From Archangium sp. (GTDB lineage Bacteria > Myxococcota > Myxococcia > Myxococcales > Myxococcaceae), in assembly GCA_031367385.1 (NCBI GenBank), contig JANLPS010000080.1, positions 1 to 49,057 on the forward strand: 49,057 nucleotides of DNA, in the 5' to 3' direction. Under the pieces are notes generated by a model. It was not told the origin of the DNA. It made no database searches and saw only the letters and a program-made list of their open reading frames with translations. Positions within the stretch are counted from its first letter, which is position 1. Every line of letters begins with the position of its first letter. The translations under genes were made by a program, and so were the position numbers. Positions 1 through 10,224 of the stretch are shown piece after piece.

Positions 1-33
1 CTCGACGCGCTGGCCACGGAGCTCAAAGCGTGA
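1..33 (+). CDS. 3' end of an upstream gene (partial)
   Basis: Frame 1 reads LDALATELKA then TGA at 31-33, with host-like GC3 codons. Confidence 0.5.
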   Translation, partial: LDALATELKA

Positions 34-68
34 ATTCGTTGCCGCGCACGATCGTCGTGAGGAGCTCA

Positions 69-623
69 ATGCCCCGCATTCTCGCCGCCGCTCTGACGCT
101 GTTGGTCGCCTTGCCTGCCTTCGCCGACGACGAGCTGGCCGTGCAGGGCAAGCTGGCGCCGATGTTCCGGCTGCCCGTCTACAACGGCAAGGCGCTGAAC
201 ATCCCGAACCTCGGGCTCGACAAGTATGTCGGCGCCGACGCGCCGGACAAAAAGGCCAAAGTGGTGCTGCTGTCGTTCATGGCCAGCTTCTGCGCGCCCT
301 GCAAAAAAGAGATGCCGTACCTGCAGACCTTGAGCGAGAAGTACAAGGCCGATGGGTTGCGGGTGATGCTCGTGGCGATCGACAAAGACGAAGACGGTCA
401 GAAGAAAGTCGCTGACCTCATCGCGTCGAACAAGGTCACTTTCCCCGTGCTCAAAGATCGATTCAACATCGTCGCCCGCAGGTGGCTCGGTACGCAGAGC
501 CCGTTGCCATCGCTGTTCATCGTGCGCCCTGACGGCACGATTGGCGCGGTGCACCGCGGCTACGGCGAAGACGGCAGTGTCTTGCTCGCCAAAGAGGTCG
601 AGACCGCACTCGGCAAGAAGTGA
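69..623 (+). CDS. TlpA/redoxin-family thiol-disulfide oxidoreductase, exported
   Basis: ASFCAPC CxxC motif, TFPVLKD and PLP (cis-Pro) motif; signal peptide ending AFA; GAGGAG RBS before ATG69. Confidence 0.85.
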   Translation: MPRILAAALTLLVALPAFADDELAVQGKLAPMFRLPVYNGKALNIPNLGLDKYVGADAPDKKAKVVLLSFMASFCAPCKKEMPYLQTLSEKYKADGLRVMLVAIDKDEDGQKKVADLIASNKVTFPVLKDRFNIVARRWLGTQSPLPSLFIVRPDGTIGAVHRGYGEDGSVLLAKEVETALGKK

Positions 624-1483
624 TTACGGTGATCGCGGGGCCGACGGCCTCGGGCAAGACCGCGATGGCTTTGGCCGAAGCGAAGAAGCTCGGAGCCGAG
701 ATCGTCAACGCCGATTCGCAGCAGGTGTACCGGTACTTCGACATCGGTACCGCCAAGCCGAGCGCCCAAGAGCTCGCCGCGGTGCCGCACCACGTGATCT
801 CCTGCATCGACCCGCTGGGTGAGTTCTCAGCCGCTCAGTATCAGCGGCTGGCTGACGCGGCGATCGCCGACATCACGTCGCGAGGGCGCCAGGTGGTCGT
901 GGTGGGCGGCACCGGCATGTACTTGCGCATCTTGCTTCATGGCGTCGTCGATGCACCCGGCAGTGACGCCGGGCTGCGAGCTGAGCTCGAGACACACGAG
1001 AGCGCTGAGCTTCATGCCCGGCTGCACGAGGTCGACCCAGAGACCGCGGCGCGGCTCCCGGTGGCCGACCGGGTTCGCATCATTCGGGCGCTCGAGATTC
1101 ACCAGCTCACCGGCAAGCCAGCGTCAGTGCATCGCGCGGAACATGCCTTCGCGCCAGACCGCTACGCCCACCGGCTGCTGGTCTTGAACCCCGACCGGGC
1201 GGCGCTCTACCAGGCGATCAACACCCGCACCCAACGCATGTTCGAAGGCGGTCTCATCGAAGAGACCAAGTCACTGGTGGCGAGGGGGTATCGAGAAGCC
1301 GCGCCGATGCGAGCAGTCGGCTACACCCAAGCACTCAAGCACCTCGACGGCGCGATGACCCTCGACGAAGCGATCGCCGATACCGCACTGAAAACGCGGC
1401 ACTACGCGAAGCGGCAATTCACCTGGTTCAAGAAAGAACCCGGCGCGGTATTTCTCGCGCACCCGTATCGTCTCGAGAATTGA
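620..1483 (+). CDS. miaA: tRNA dimethylallyltransferase
   Basis: GPTASGKT P-loop, DSQQVY, IGTAKP, GGTGMY, RIIRALE and YAKRQFTW motifs. Confidence 0.97.
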   Translation: MITVIAGPTASGKTAMALAEAKKLGAEIVNADSQQVYRYFDIGTAKPSAQELAAVPHHVISCIDPLGEFSAAQYQRLADAAIADITSRGRQVVVVGGTGMYLRILLHGVVDAPGSDAGLRAELETHESAELHARLHEVDPETAARLPVADRVRIIRALEIHQLTGKPASVHRAEHAFAPDRYAHRLLVLNPDRAALYQAINTRTQRMFEGGLIEETKSLVARGYREAAPMRAVGYTQALKHLDGAMTLDEAIADTALKTRHYAKRQFTWFKKEPGAVFLAHPYRLEN

Positions 1484-1522
1484 GAATCAGCAACCGCTCG
1501 CCGCTTCGTTCGAGAATCGTGC

Positions 1523-2122
1523 ATGGCCCTGACCCTCTCGCAGCTGGTTGATTCGAAGATTCGCAAGGCGAAGATCACCCCTGCCGATGCGCGCGAGGTG
1601 CTCGCCGTCGTCGAGAAAGATTCGAAGTACGACAAAGCCGAAGTGACGCAACTGCGCCGTCTCACCGCGCTGCCCGCCTCGAAATTTCAAAAGAAAGACG
1701 AGTTCATACCCAACCCGAGCGACGCCGATGACGGCGTGACCGTCACCGCCGACCCCAGAAAATGGCTCAAGGGAGCGGTCGAGTTGGCGACGGCCAAGCT
1801 CACCGTTCGCTCCACCATACCCGAGGTGTCGATCGCGCTGTCTGACGTGAAAGAATACGACGTTGAAGACTTCGGTACCCACCTTGCCCGCTCGCTCGAC
1901 GTGACGGTCAAAGGTCGCAACGCGGCCCAGGCCGGTACCATCGCGTTCAGCTACGGCTCGAAGAAGATCGAAGTGCCGGTGAAGAAGGGCGAGTCGATGT
2001 TCTCAATCAACGAGAAGATCGAAGCCAAGTTGCTCAAAGCGCAAGGCGGCAGCCTCAGCATCAACGGCTTCATTAGCGCCAATCGAACCGCGCCTCAGAC
2101 CGTGAAGTACGAGGTGCTGTAA
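1523..2122 (+). CDS. hypothetical protein
   Basis: 199-aa ORF with host-like codon usage; no motif recognised. Confidence 0.7.
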   Translation: MALTLSQLVDSKIRKAKITPADAREVLAVVEKDSKYDKAEVTQLRRLTALPASKFQKKDEFIPNPSDADDGVTVTADPRKWLKGAVELATAKLTVRSTIPEVSIALSDVKEYDVEDFGTHLARSLDVTVKGRNAAQAGTIAFSYGSKKIEVPVKKGESMFSINEKIEAKLLKAQGGSLSINGFISANRTAPQTVKYEVL

Positions 2123-2125
2123 CCG

Positions 2126-3322
2126 TCAGCTTGCAGTTTCGCGCGTTGAGGTCGGCTCGTGGCCCACGAATGAGCGGCGCGTCCACACGTGAATTGACCC
2201 GATGACGGCTGCCGTCGCGACTGCGCCGAGCACCGGTATCGGCTGAAGCAATGTTAAAGCGAACAGGCCGAGGCCCTTGAAGATGCGGGCGCCCAGATGC
2301 TCTTGCCACCCGGAGTACGAGGCCAACGCGCCTGCCGGCGAGAGTCGGTAGAAGACCAGCGCTGCGCCCAGCCCAAGCACCGGCACCAGCCCCATCGCGA
2401 TGAAGACGGGGGCGAACGCGAGCGCTCGCTTGTCGACATGGGTGACGAACGCACGAACTTCGGCGGGGTCTCCGAGGGGGTTCACGCCGCAGCCAGGGCA
2501 GGTGATGTGGCCGGCATCGTTGCGAATGCCTTCAGCGCACGAAGGGCAGCGCCTCGAGGTGAGTAACGAGAGTCGATGTGAGGGTGAAGGCGGCCCGGTC
2601 ACGATTCGGCCCAATGCGCCGATTCGGCTCGGTACTCGCGAGGCCTTGCATCGAGGGCACACGCTGGCGGCGCGGTGAAGTGACTTGCCGCACGCTTCAC
2701 ACGGCCCTCGGGCGAGCGCTTGAATGCCTCGCAGCATCATCAACGCCGCGAGCATGGCGAGGAGTGACAACACCATCATCACGAAGCCCACCACGGGCCA
2801 GGTGACCACGATGGCCAGGCCGACGACAGTGGTGACCATCTCCGCGAGAAAGATCGCCTGCTGCACTTTGCCTTCGCCCACGAAGGGTATGACCTCGGCC
2901 GCTGAGGCGAGCCATTGCCGCAGCTTGGCGAAGAAGAACGCGGTGATGCCGACCGCGATCGTGATCACCGCATTGCGATCGAACCCAGCCAACGCCACCA
3001 CTGCCGCCGCGGGCGCAGCCGTCGAAAGCATGAAGCTCGCGAAAAGCATCGCGGCCACCGGCACCGCCAACAGCTTCAGCTGGCTGGCAAATCGCCCCCA
3101 CTGCTCCCGTGCATAGCGCATCATGCTGGTGAGCATCGCCACCTGGGCGACGGTGCCAAGAACCGACGCGACCAACGCGAAGACAATCGTCTTGGGTGTC
3201 AGCTCGTGTTGCGCTCGCGCACTTTCGACCAGGCCCCACGCGAGCATCACGCCAATGGCAAACGTGGTGCGCCCAGCAAGAAACGGCACCACGGCGAAGC
3301 ACAAGAAGATGACTTCCATCAT
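2126..3322 (-). CDS. multi-pass membrane protein with double zinc ribbon
   Basis: Many hydrophobic segments; four CxxC motifs (CEAC, CPRC, CPSC, CPGC). Confidence 0.7.
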   Translation of the reverse strand: MMEVIFLCFAVVPFLAGRTTFAIGVMLAWGLVESARAQHELTPKTIVFALVASVLGTVAQVAMLTSMMRYAREQWGRFASQLKLLAVPVAAMLFASFMLSTAAPAAAVVALAGFDRNAVITIAVGITAFFFAKLRQWLASAAEVIPFVGEGKVQQAIFLAEMVTTVVGLAIVVTWPVVGFVMMVLSLLAMLAALMMLRGIQALARGPCEACGKSLHRAASVCPRCKASRVPSRIGALGRIVTGPPSPSHRLSLLTSRRCPSCAEGIRNDAGHITCPGCGVNPLGDPAEVRAFVTHVDKRALAFAPVFIAMGLVPVLGLGAALVFYRLSPAGALASYSGWQEHLGARIFKGLGLFALTLLQPIPVLGAVATAAVIGSIHVWTRRSFVGHEPTSTRETAS

Positions 3323-3388
3323 TCGCTTTCAGTGAAGAGCCTGGCCCCCAACGGCGTGGCCACGCCATCGACTCAAGATCGTGGTCTT

Positions 3389-4135
3389 TTAGCGACGCAT
3401 GAAGCGCGAGCGCCGGCCGCCGCCCTGAAACTGGGCCTGCTGCATCGGAGGCGCCTCGAGGCCGAGCTGGTACCACATCGGCACCCAGGGCTGCATCTTC
3501 AGCTTCTTGTCGTTCTGGAGGGCCGTCAGGGCTGACTTGAGCTTGTCGTCTGCGGGGTTCGCTTCAACGCCGCGCGCGAGCACGCGAACGGCCTTGTCGC
3601 TCTCTTTGTTCTGCATGAGGCACCAGGCGTATGAAGCCCAGATCAAACCTTCTTTCTTGCCGCTGTTCACTGCCGCTTCGAAGGTCTTCTCCATCGCGGC
3701 AAAGTCTTTCTTCTGAAAGTAGACCGCGGCTTCCATCGCCTTTGCCATGTAGTTGCGGTTGCTCGTCTTCGCGAACGAGGCCATCGCGCCTTGATGATCT
3801 TTGAAGAGGTACTTGATCATGCCGATCTGCCCGTGCACTTCGCTCTCGACCAAGAACTGCCAGCGGCCCAACGGCAGCGCCGACTCGAGCATCTTCACGG
3901 CCTTGTCGGCCTTGACCTTTTGCTCCTTGGGGTTGGGAGACATCGACTGCAGCTCGGCCTGCACCTCGCCCATGATCTTCTGGAGCGCGAGGAAGGTTCG
4001 GCGCCCCAACAAGATGAAAACACCGACGAAAACCAGAGTACCGGGGATAATGCCGGCGATAAGACTGAAGCCGAAGAGCGTGATCACCACGGTGGTGACG
4101 AGACCGGCGGCGAGGGCGAACAGCAGGTTGAACAT
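3389..4135 (-). CDS. membrane-anchored TPR-like protein
   Basis: Two N-terminal TM helices followed by TPR-like helical repeats; likely start ATG4135. Confidence 0.75.
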   Translation of the reverse strand: MFNLLFALAAGLVTTVVITLFGFSLIAGIIPGTLVFVGVFILLGRRTFLALQKIMGEVQAELQSMSPNPKEQKVKADKAVKMLESALPLGRWQFLVESEVHGQIGMIKYLFKDHQGAMASFAKTSNRNYMAKAMEAAVYFQKKDFAAMEKTFEAAVNSGKKEGLIWASYAWCLMQNKESDKAVRVLARGVEANPADDKLKSALTALQNDKKLKMQPWVPMWYQLGLEAPPMQQAQFQGGGRRSRFMRR

Positions 4136-4195
4136 GGTGAAAAAGCACATAAACCAGGGCAGGGAGATGTGCTAGACGGCAAACCCGTCGAAGAA

Positions 4196-4277
4196 GGCCC
4201 TTTGGCGAAATTGGTAGACGCGGCGGATTCAAAATCCGCTGTCGCAAGACATCCCGGTTCGAGTCCGGGGAGGGCCA
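4196..4277 (+). tRNA. tRNA-Leu(CAA)
   Basis: Acceptor GGCCCTT/GAGGGCC, anticodon arm GCGGA-TTCAAAA-TCCGC, long variable arm, T arm CCCGG-TTCGAGT-CCGGG; CCA not encoded. Confidence 0.97.
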
Positions 4278-4608
4278 CTGTCTTTCTCAGAATGAAGTTC
4301 GTGGGTTGAGTCGTGCTGGTAGAAAGCCCGGTAGAAAAGGGCTCCATGTTGGCGGCACCGCATCCTCGGCGGCCCTCGATAAGGTGGGCGGGGTCGGGAG
4401 GAGCCGACCCATTCAGACACGGTTCGATGCAGTGCCGTGAGCCCACCAGCGGCCTGCGATTGTTTTCCGCCAGGCGACACTCTCGCGGGTGCGAAGACCG
4501 AGCAAGGGTTGACTCATTGAGGTCGGCCATCGCACAGGCGTCGCAGAGACTCGCGCCACCGGTGAGTCAGGGCCTGCGAGGTGCTATGGCGCGACCAGGA
4601 GATACCGA

Positions 4609-5478
4609 ATGCAAATCACCGCGCTGTTGACGATCGCATTGATCGCTTCATCGACACCTGACGGCGGTGAACCTCGCGAATCGAGAGCAGCGATCGCGAA
4701 GCCTCAGCTTGTCGCGGCACGGTGCCCAACCGATCAGTTGACGATGTTGAGCTGCCCTATTGGGAGAAGTCGCACGCAGATGCTGTGTGCACACGAAACG
4801 CGCGGTGAAATAGACCACCTTGCAGTGATTCGGCAGGAAGCGAAGACTTCGAGGGTCGTTTGGTCAGCCCCCGTTCTCGATGTGCATCTCGACAGGTGGT
4901 CGAGCGGGGCGATGCATGGCTTGACACTGACCTATCCCTCCCGGGACTCGATTTTCTTGGTGGAGAATTCGGCTGATGGGTCGATCGCATGGGTTGAACA
5001 CCGCATCGGTTCGAAGACCGTCAAGACTGAGACGTGTGTGGGCGCCGATGAACAAATGATCGACGAGACCTACGACCTCAACCTCCCATTCTCGACTTCG
5101 AATTCGCAGACCGAAGGCGCTTACTTGAGTGGTACGCTCTCATTGTCTGCGAGTGGCCGCGACAGCATTCCGGCATTCAATGAAGTGTTAGCGACCGAAG
5201 CAGAGCCGAAGTCATGCAAGTCATCGGGTGAGCCGGAGCACGACGTTCTTCAAGCAAGAGTCATTTCTGTTTCGAAGCGAGGTACGGCTCTGCACTCGTG
5301 CCGCGCATACCTGGGCAACCAACACATTCGCGGAGTGCCCGCTGTGTTTCTCGGCGGCGTGGTGGGCGCTTGTGTCGCCATCGTTGATTGCGGCGCGGAC
5401 GGCGTGTTTCGCGGGCGCATGACTTTGGGTGCGGCATCCGCAACATTGACTCTCACAACAGGCCCGTCGCCCCCGTGA
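4609..5478 (+). CDS. hypothetical secreted protein
   Basis: AGGAG RBS, signal peptide, paired Cys; codon usage visibly less GC3-biased than neighbours. Confidence 0.65.
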   Translation: MQITALLTIALIASSTPDGGEPRESRAAIAKPQLVAARCPTDQLTMLSCPIGRSRTQMLCAHETRGEIDHLAVIRQEAKTSRVVWSAPVLDVHLDRWSSGAMHGLTLTYPSRDSIFLVENSADGSIAWVEHRIGSKTVKTETCVGADEQMIDETYDLNLPFSTSNSQTEGAYLSGTLSLSASGRDSIPAFNEVLATEAEPKSCKSSGEPEHDVLQARVISVSKRGTALHSCRAYLGNQHIRGVPAVFLGGVVGACVAIVDCGADGVFRGRMTLGAASATLTLTTGPSPP

Positions 5479-5495
5479 AGTTTCCAGCAAACCGT

Positions 5496-6158
5496 TCAGC
5501 ACGCGGCCTTATTGGGCTCGGGGGTGAGCTGACGGCGGTGACGCCAAGCGATGAGGGCTGCGGTTAGGCCACACAGCAGTGCAAGCGCTGGTGCCATCGT
5601 CACCCACCCGCCCATCGCGAACGCACACGAAAACTCACTCGCGCACGACTCGACCCCGCGATGAGCGAGCTGACCAGCCAAGGCCATCGCTCCCCCAGGC
5701 ACGAGCGCGGCGATCGAACCGAACAGAATCGAATGCGCCCATCGATTTGGGCCAGCTTTCGTTTCGCGCCAGACGCGTGGGTTGGCGGCCACCGAGAAGA
5801 AACTTGCATTGACGGGCATCAACCACACCACCGCAATAAGAGGCATCACGACGAATGCAGCGTTCACGACGTAGATCAACGGGCCCCAGCCGGTCATCTT
5901 GACCGTAAAGAAAGCAACCAGCCGAAGGCAGACACATGAGCCAGCAATTACGCCGATGGCTTTGAGTCCGAACTCAAGGCGACGCCTTGTCGAGTCCGGG
6001 TGCTCCCGAAGGCTGAGCACTGCCAATCCAAGCGCCGAGATCAGCTGCGCGTAAATGCCAATGGTCCACGCTAACGACGGGGAGGGCGACTGCTCGAAGT
6101 AGAACTGCGCATACCGTTCACTCGCACCGCTGCGTACACGGCCGTCGGGGGCAACCAC
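5496..6158 (-). CDS. hypothetical membrane protein, possibly 5'-truncated
   Basis: About 5 TM segments; in-frame TAG directly before the start and no clear RBS. Confidence 0.5.
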   Translation of the reverse strand: MVAPDGRVRSGASERYAQFYFEQSPSPSLAWTIGIYAQLISALGLAVLSLREHPDSTRRRLEFGLKAIGVIAGSCVCLRLVAFFTVKMTGWGPLIYVVNAAFVVMPLIAVVWLMPVNASFFSVAANPRVWRETKAGPNRWAHSILFGSIAALVPGGAMALAGQLAHRGVESCASEFSCAFAMGGWVTMAPALALLCGLTAALIAWRHRRQLTPEPNKAAC

Positions 6159-6320
6159 CTACGAGGGCGATGCGCTGACCGCTGAAGTGGAGGCGGAATG
6201 CCTCGCCGCCCGAGCAAGAAGTTTCTTCGTATGCGCACGGGGCACGGTACGATGGATATGCTCGCGGTCGCGCCGGTTCGAAACTCTTCTGGCGCAACTG
6301 CTCACGAGGGGGCCCATCTG

Positions 6321-9300
6321 ATGCGAAATGCTCTGACGCTTGCGCTTGCCGGTGTTCTCGCCGTCTGTCTTCCCGCCTGCGACTGCAACAACGCGCCGCC
6401 GCAGAACGATGGAGGGCGCACCGACGCAGGCAAAGTGCAGAGCGACTCCGGCATCGCGCCCACCGATAGCGGCACCGCGACGACCGACGCCGGGAGTGGC
6501 AATACGGATGCCGGCACCGTCGACGCCGGTGTGATCATCGTGCTCCCCGACGGCGGCAGCTGCAGCTCTGACCCCGGGTGCATTGCCGCGAGCACCTCGG
6601 CCTGCGACCCGGCCGGTACGCCCTCGCTGGGCACCTGCGTCGACGTCGGCGCCGGGTGTCTCAAGGTGCAAACGCTCGTCGCATGCCCCTCGGCCCTTCA
6701 GGCCTGCCCCGCGGGCGCCACCGCCTGCACCTGCCCCAACACCGCCTGCGCGGTCGGAGCGACCACCTGCAGCACCGGCACCTCGGTCGGCACCTGCGCC
6801 CTCGACGTGGCGGGCGGCTGCGGCGTCTTCCCCTCGACGGGAGTGGCCTGCGCGGCCCACCAAAGCTGCACCGGCGCGACCCCCTCTGCGATCTGCAGCT
6901 GCGACACCGACCTTCTCTGCGCGGCGGGGGTGGGCACGAGCTGCAATGCCCTCAACACCGGCACCATCACCTGCGCCCTCGACGCCAATTCATGCCTCTT
7001 CTCGTCACCGTCGGTGGCCTGCTCGACGCCCAAGGTCTGCACCGGCGCCGCTCCCGCCTCGGGCTGTGCCTGCCCTGCGTTGGCCGCTTCACCCGTTGTC
7101 GGAGGAGGCTGTAACTCCGTCGGAGCGACCGCGTGCGAGACCGGCGCGACCAACAACATTCTCACCTGCACCGCGACCGGCGGGTGCAATGCCTGGCAGC
7201 TGACCACCTCGTGCAGCGCGTCGAGCCTGGTCTGCGGCTCGAAGAGCGGCTCGGCCGACTGTGAGTGCGGCGGCAACGGCACGTCGACCTTCTACGCTGA
7301 CCCGGTGGGTGGCTCGGCGACCGGAGCTCTGCCGTACCCGACGGGCCTGGCTTCTCCCGCGAAGTGCCGCTTCAAGACGCTCACCAGCGCGTTGGTTCAA
7401 GCAAACGCCGCTGGAGCACTCGGCAGTGGCACCGTCATCGCCACCGGCCAGGCGGGCTCGGGCGCGGCGACGTTCGACGCCGAGACCTTCCCCCTCACTG
7501 TGAATTCGAATGTCACGCTGACCACCGCCGACGCAACGCCGACGCCTGCGAACTACGTCATCGCCTTCAATGACAACGCCGCGTCACGAAGCGCCGTGGT
7601 GCTGCACGATCTGGCGCACTTCACCGGCTTCACGATTCAGAACGTGAGCGTGGCCGCGACCTCGACGGGCATCTCCACCGCCTGCGCTTCACCGTCGGCG
7701 GGCGTCTCAGTCGTCACCGGCGTCGCGGTCAATGGCAAGTCGACGGCTTCTGCCAACCCGTCGATGGCGAACGGGCTCAATGTGGTCTCGAACTGCAGCG
7801 TGAACGTGACGGGGTCGACCTTCGCCTTCACCGGCTTCGGCGTGCGGTTGATCGCCACCACCGATGCCACCACCGTCGCTGTGAGCAACAGCACGCTCGA
7901 TTCGAACTTCGGCATTGGAGCGTTGGTCACGCGAGGCACGCTGACCTTCAATACGGTCAACGTGAAGAACAGCGCCGGCGAAGGCGTGCGGCTCTCGCCA
8001 GTCGCGGGAGACGTGGTCTTCACAGATACCGGCAGCACCATCGAGAGCAACGCGCACGAAGGGCTGAACATCTTCGCTGGAGGCACGGCCGCGAGCACCA
8101 CGACCCTGACCAACACCGAGATTCGCAACAACGGCTCGAGCCCCGGGGGCCCCTCGACCTTCGCGGGCATCACGACCACCGCGGCGCGCGCGTTGACCTT
8201 GACCGGCGTGAATGTGCATCAGAACGCAGCCGCCGGGCTCACGGCGAGCGGTGGCCCGACCATCGTCATCACGGGTGCTTCGCACTTCGACAACAACGGT
8301 ACGCAAACCAACACCGCGCCCGGCTTGAACGCGACGGGCGCCGGCACGAGCGTCACTGCCACTGGCGCAACCTTCAACAGCAACCGAGGCTCGGGCGTGC
8401 ACGTCGGTGGCTTGGCGGTGGGCACCTTCGATGGCATCACCGTGACGGGTAACGGCGCCGGGCAGCTCGCGGCCAATCGGCCGGGCGCCTTCGAGGTCGA
8501 AAACGGCACTGCCACGATCAATACCGTCAAGACGGCGACCACGATCACCGGCAACGTCTTCAACGGCATCAAAGACAGCAGCGGCTCACTCATGATCAGC
8601 GGCACCGTTCTGACCCCCGTCGACGTAGGCAACAATGGCGTGCCGAGCTTGACGCAGCCCACGCCCTTCAACGGAGCCTTCGTCGGTGGTGCGACCTTCA
8701 GCGCAACGAACGTCAACTTCCACGACAACGGCAGCCACGGCGTGCAGGTCGCGAACACCGGCGCGAACCCGATTGGTCAGCCCATCGCCATCACGAGCTC
8801 GACGTTCTCGAAGAACGGCGGAGCCGGTCTGCGAGTCGATGTCTCGTCGGCCATCTCGGGCACCGGGGCGAACTCGCTCAACGTGAGTGGGTGTGTCTTC
8901 ACCGGCAACCTCCACGCGCTCAACATCGCCGCCAACCTGGGTGACGTGCACGCCGCGTTTCAGAACAACAGCTTCAGTGGCGCCTCAGACACTGCCGCGT
9001 TGGTCACCGGCACAGCGGGCTCGGTACTGAACTTCACGAACAACGTCGCCTCGAACAACAAAGCGAGCACGCAGTATTCGGGGCAGGGGGTCGGCGGCTT
9101 CCTCTTCACTGGAGTCGCTCCGGGCACGTTCTCCTTCGTCTCGAACCAGGTGCACCACAACGAAGCGAATCAGGTCATCGTGTTCGGCAACGGGGTGGCC
9201 ACCACGTGGGCGCTCAACGGCACCGCTGGCGCCTCGTGCAACGCACCCACCGCGAACGTCTTCGCTTGCTACAGCAACTCACCCACGGTTTCGACGTCGG

Positions 9301-9467
9301 TCGGCGTCGCGGCGATCGGCGCCGGGGTCGTCGTGCAGGCGAACGGCAACTCGTGGCAGAACGCGGCGCCCGCGGGCGGCACCGACTTCAGCACCGCCAA
9401 CGGAGCGGTGTTCTTGCCCTCGCCGCCTTCTCCGGTGTGCCCTGCGAGCACGATCGCCTGCCCGTAA
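6321..9467 (+). CDS. large lipoprotein: Cys-rich repeats + DUF1565-like cap + parallel beta-helix
   Basis: Lipobox-like LPAC, DAG linker, Cys-rich region, FYADP..G...FKTLTSAL/ETFPL cap, N/G-rich beta-helix repeats. Confidence 0.8.
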   Translation: MRNALTLALAGVLAVCLPACDCNNAPPQNDGGRTDAGKVQSDSGIAPTDSGTATTDAGSGNTDAGTVDAGVIIVLPDGGSCSSDPGCIAASTSACDPAGTPSLGTCVDVGAGCLKVQTLVACPSALQACPAGATACTCPNTACAVGATTCSTGTSVGTCALDVAGGCGVFPSTGVACAAHQSCTGATPSAICSCDTDLLCAAGVGTSCNALNTGTITCALDANSCLFSSPSVACSTPKVCTGAAPASGCACPALAASPVVGGGCNSVGATACETGATNNILTCTATGGCNAWQLTTSCSASSLVCGSKSGSADCECGGNGTSTFYADPVGGSATGALPYPTGLASPAKCRFKTLTSALVQANAAGALGSGTVIATGQAGSGAATFDAETFPLTVNSNVTLTTADATPTPANYVIAFNDNAASRSAVVLHDLAHFTGFTIQNVSVAATSTGISTACASPSAGVSVVTGVAVNGKSTASANPSMANGLNVVSNCSVNVTGSTFAFTGFGVRLIATTDATTVAVSNSTLDSNFGIGALVTRGTLTFNTVNVKNSAGEGVRLSPVAGDVVFTDTGSTIESNAHEGLNIFAGGTAASTTTLTNTEIRNNGSSPGGPSTFAGITTTAARALTLTGVNVHQNAAAGLTASGGPTIVITGASHFDNNGTQTNTAPGLNATGAGTSVTATGATFNSNRGSGVHVGGLAVGTFDGITVTGNGAGQLAANRPGAFEVENGTATINTVKTATTITGNVFNGIKDSSGSLMISGTVLTPVDVGNNGVPSLTQPTPFNGAFVGGATFSATNVNFHDNGSHGVQVANTGANPIGQPIAITSSTFSKNGGAGLRVDVSSAISGTGANSLNVSGCVFTGNLHALNIAANLGDVHAAFQNNSFSGASDTAALVTGTAGSVLNFTNNVASNNKASTQYSGQGVGGFLFTGVAPGTFSFVSNQVHHNEANQVIVFGNGVATTWALNGTAGASCNAPTANVFACYSNSPTVSTSVGVAAIGAGVVVQANGNSWQNAAPAGGTDFSTANGAVFLPSPPSPVCPASTIACP

Positions 9468-9485
9468 CGTCGAAGGGTGGCTAAA

Positions 9486-9508
9486 GCGGGGGCCGAAATG
9501 GCCTCCGT
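9486..9508. terminator. hairpin between convergent genes
   Basis: GCGGGGGCC-GAAAT-GGCCTCCGT. Confidence 0.5.
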
Positions 9509-9513
9509 TGGGC

Positions 9514-10185
9514 TCAGATGCTGTTGTCAGGCGAGCCTGCTTCGGCGGGCTTGAGCTTCTGAAGATCATCAACCCCTTTGCCCTCGACCCACTTCTTCAC
9601 CATCGCGCTGATCGCGTTCTCTTCGAGCGTCGCGCAGCCGGCCTCGAACGTGGGGTAGGTGTCGTTGCTCTGCGCGGTGCCAGCGAACGAGTAGGCGTAG
9701 TCGGCCTGTTCGCTCGGGCGCAGGGCGAACCCCCAGGTCATTTCGATGAGCTGGTAGGTGAGTGACCCCCGCGCGAGCGCCGTCAGACGGATGTCGTCGA
9801 TCTTCACGTCGGCGACCACGTGCGGAGTACTCGGCAACACCGTCGCGGCCTCGACCACGGTGACGCTCGAGAAGTAGGCCTCCATCACCGCCTTGAGGTC
9901 GCGCTTCACGAAAGTCTGCACCTCGAAGAGGTTGAAGCGCTCGCAGCCAAAGCTCTCGGTCGCGCAGGGCTGCGTTTCGAGCGGCCAGGTGTCTTTCACC
10001 TTCGCCGCATCGAGCCTGATGAAGAGCGGGCGTTGTATCTTTCGCGACACCATCAGGCTCGGCGGCTTTGGCTTGGCGTTCGCGAGGCTGTAGCCGCCGC
10101 TCGTGCCATTGACGCTGCGTGAGTAGTTGCCAGCCGCGCAGCCGAACACCAAAACCATCGAGACGAACGGGAGGAGTCGGTTCAT
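9514..10185 (-). CDS. hypothetical lipoprotein
   Basis: Lipobox VFGC; host-like codons. Confidence 0.75.
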   Translation of the reverse strand: MNRLLPFVSMVLVFGCAAGNYSRSVNGTSGGYSLANAKPKPPSLMVSRKIQRPLFIRLDAAKVKDTWPLETQPCATESFGCERFNLFEVQTFVKRDLKAVMEAYFSSVTVVEAATVLPSTPHVVADVKIDDIRLTALARGSLTYQLIEMTWGFALRPSEQADYAYSFAGTAQSNDTYPTFEAGCATLEENAISAMVKKWVEGKGVDDLQKLKPAEAGSPDNSI

Positions 10186-10224
10186 GGCCCGGCCTGCTAC
10201 TCGGTTGGCCGCCGGTTCGCAGCC

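Noticed and set aside
5480..5570. Integron attC site (gene ends PNKA; GTTAGGC nearby)
   Set aside because: No RYYYAAC...GTTRRRY pair in the right order, GTTAGGC lies inside the CDS, and there is no intI
6159..6161. Stop-codon readthrough joining ORF 6159-6863 to 5496-6158
   Set aside because: The upstream ORF is largely the antisense shadow of the 6321 lipoprotein gene, and there is no recoding signal
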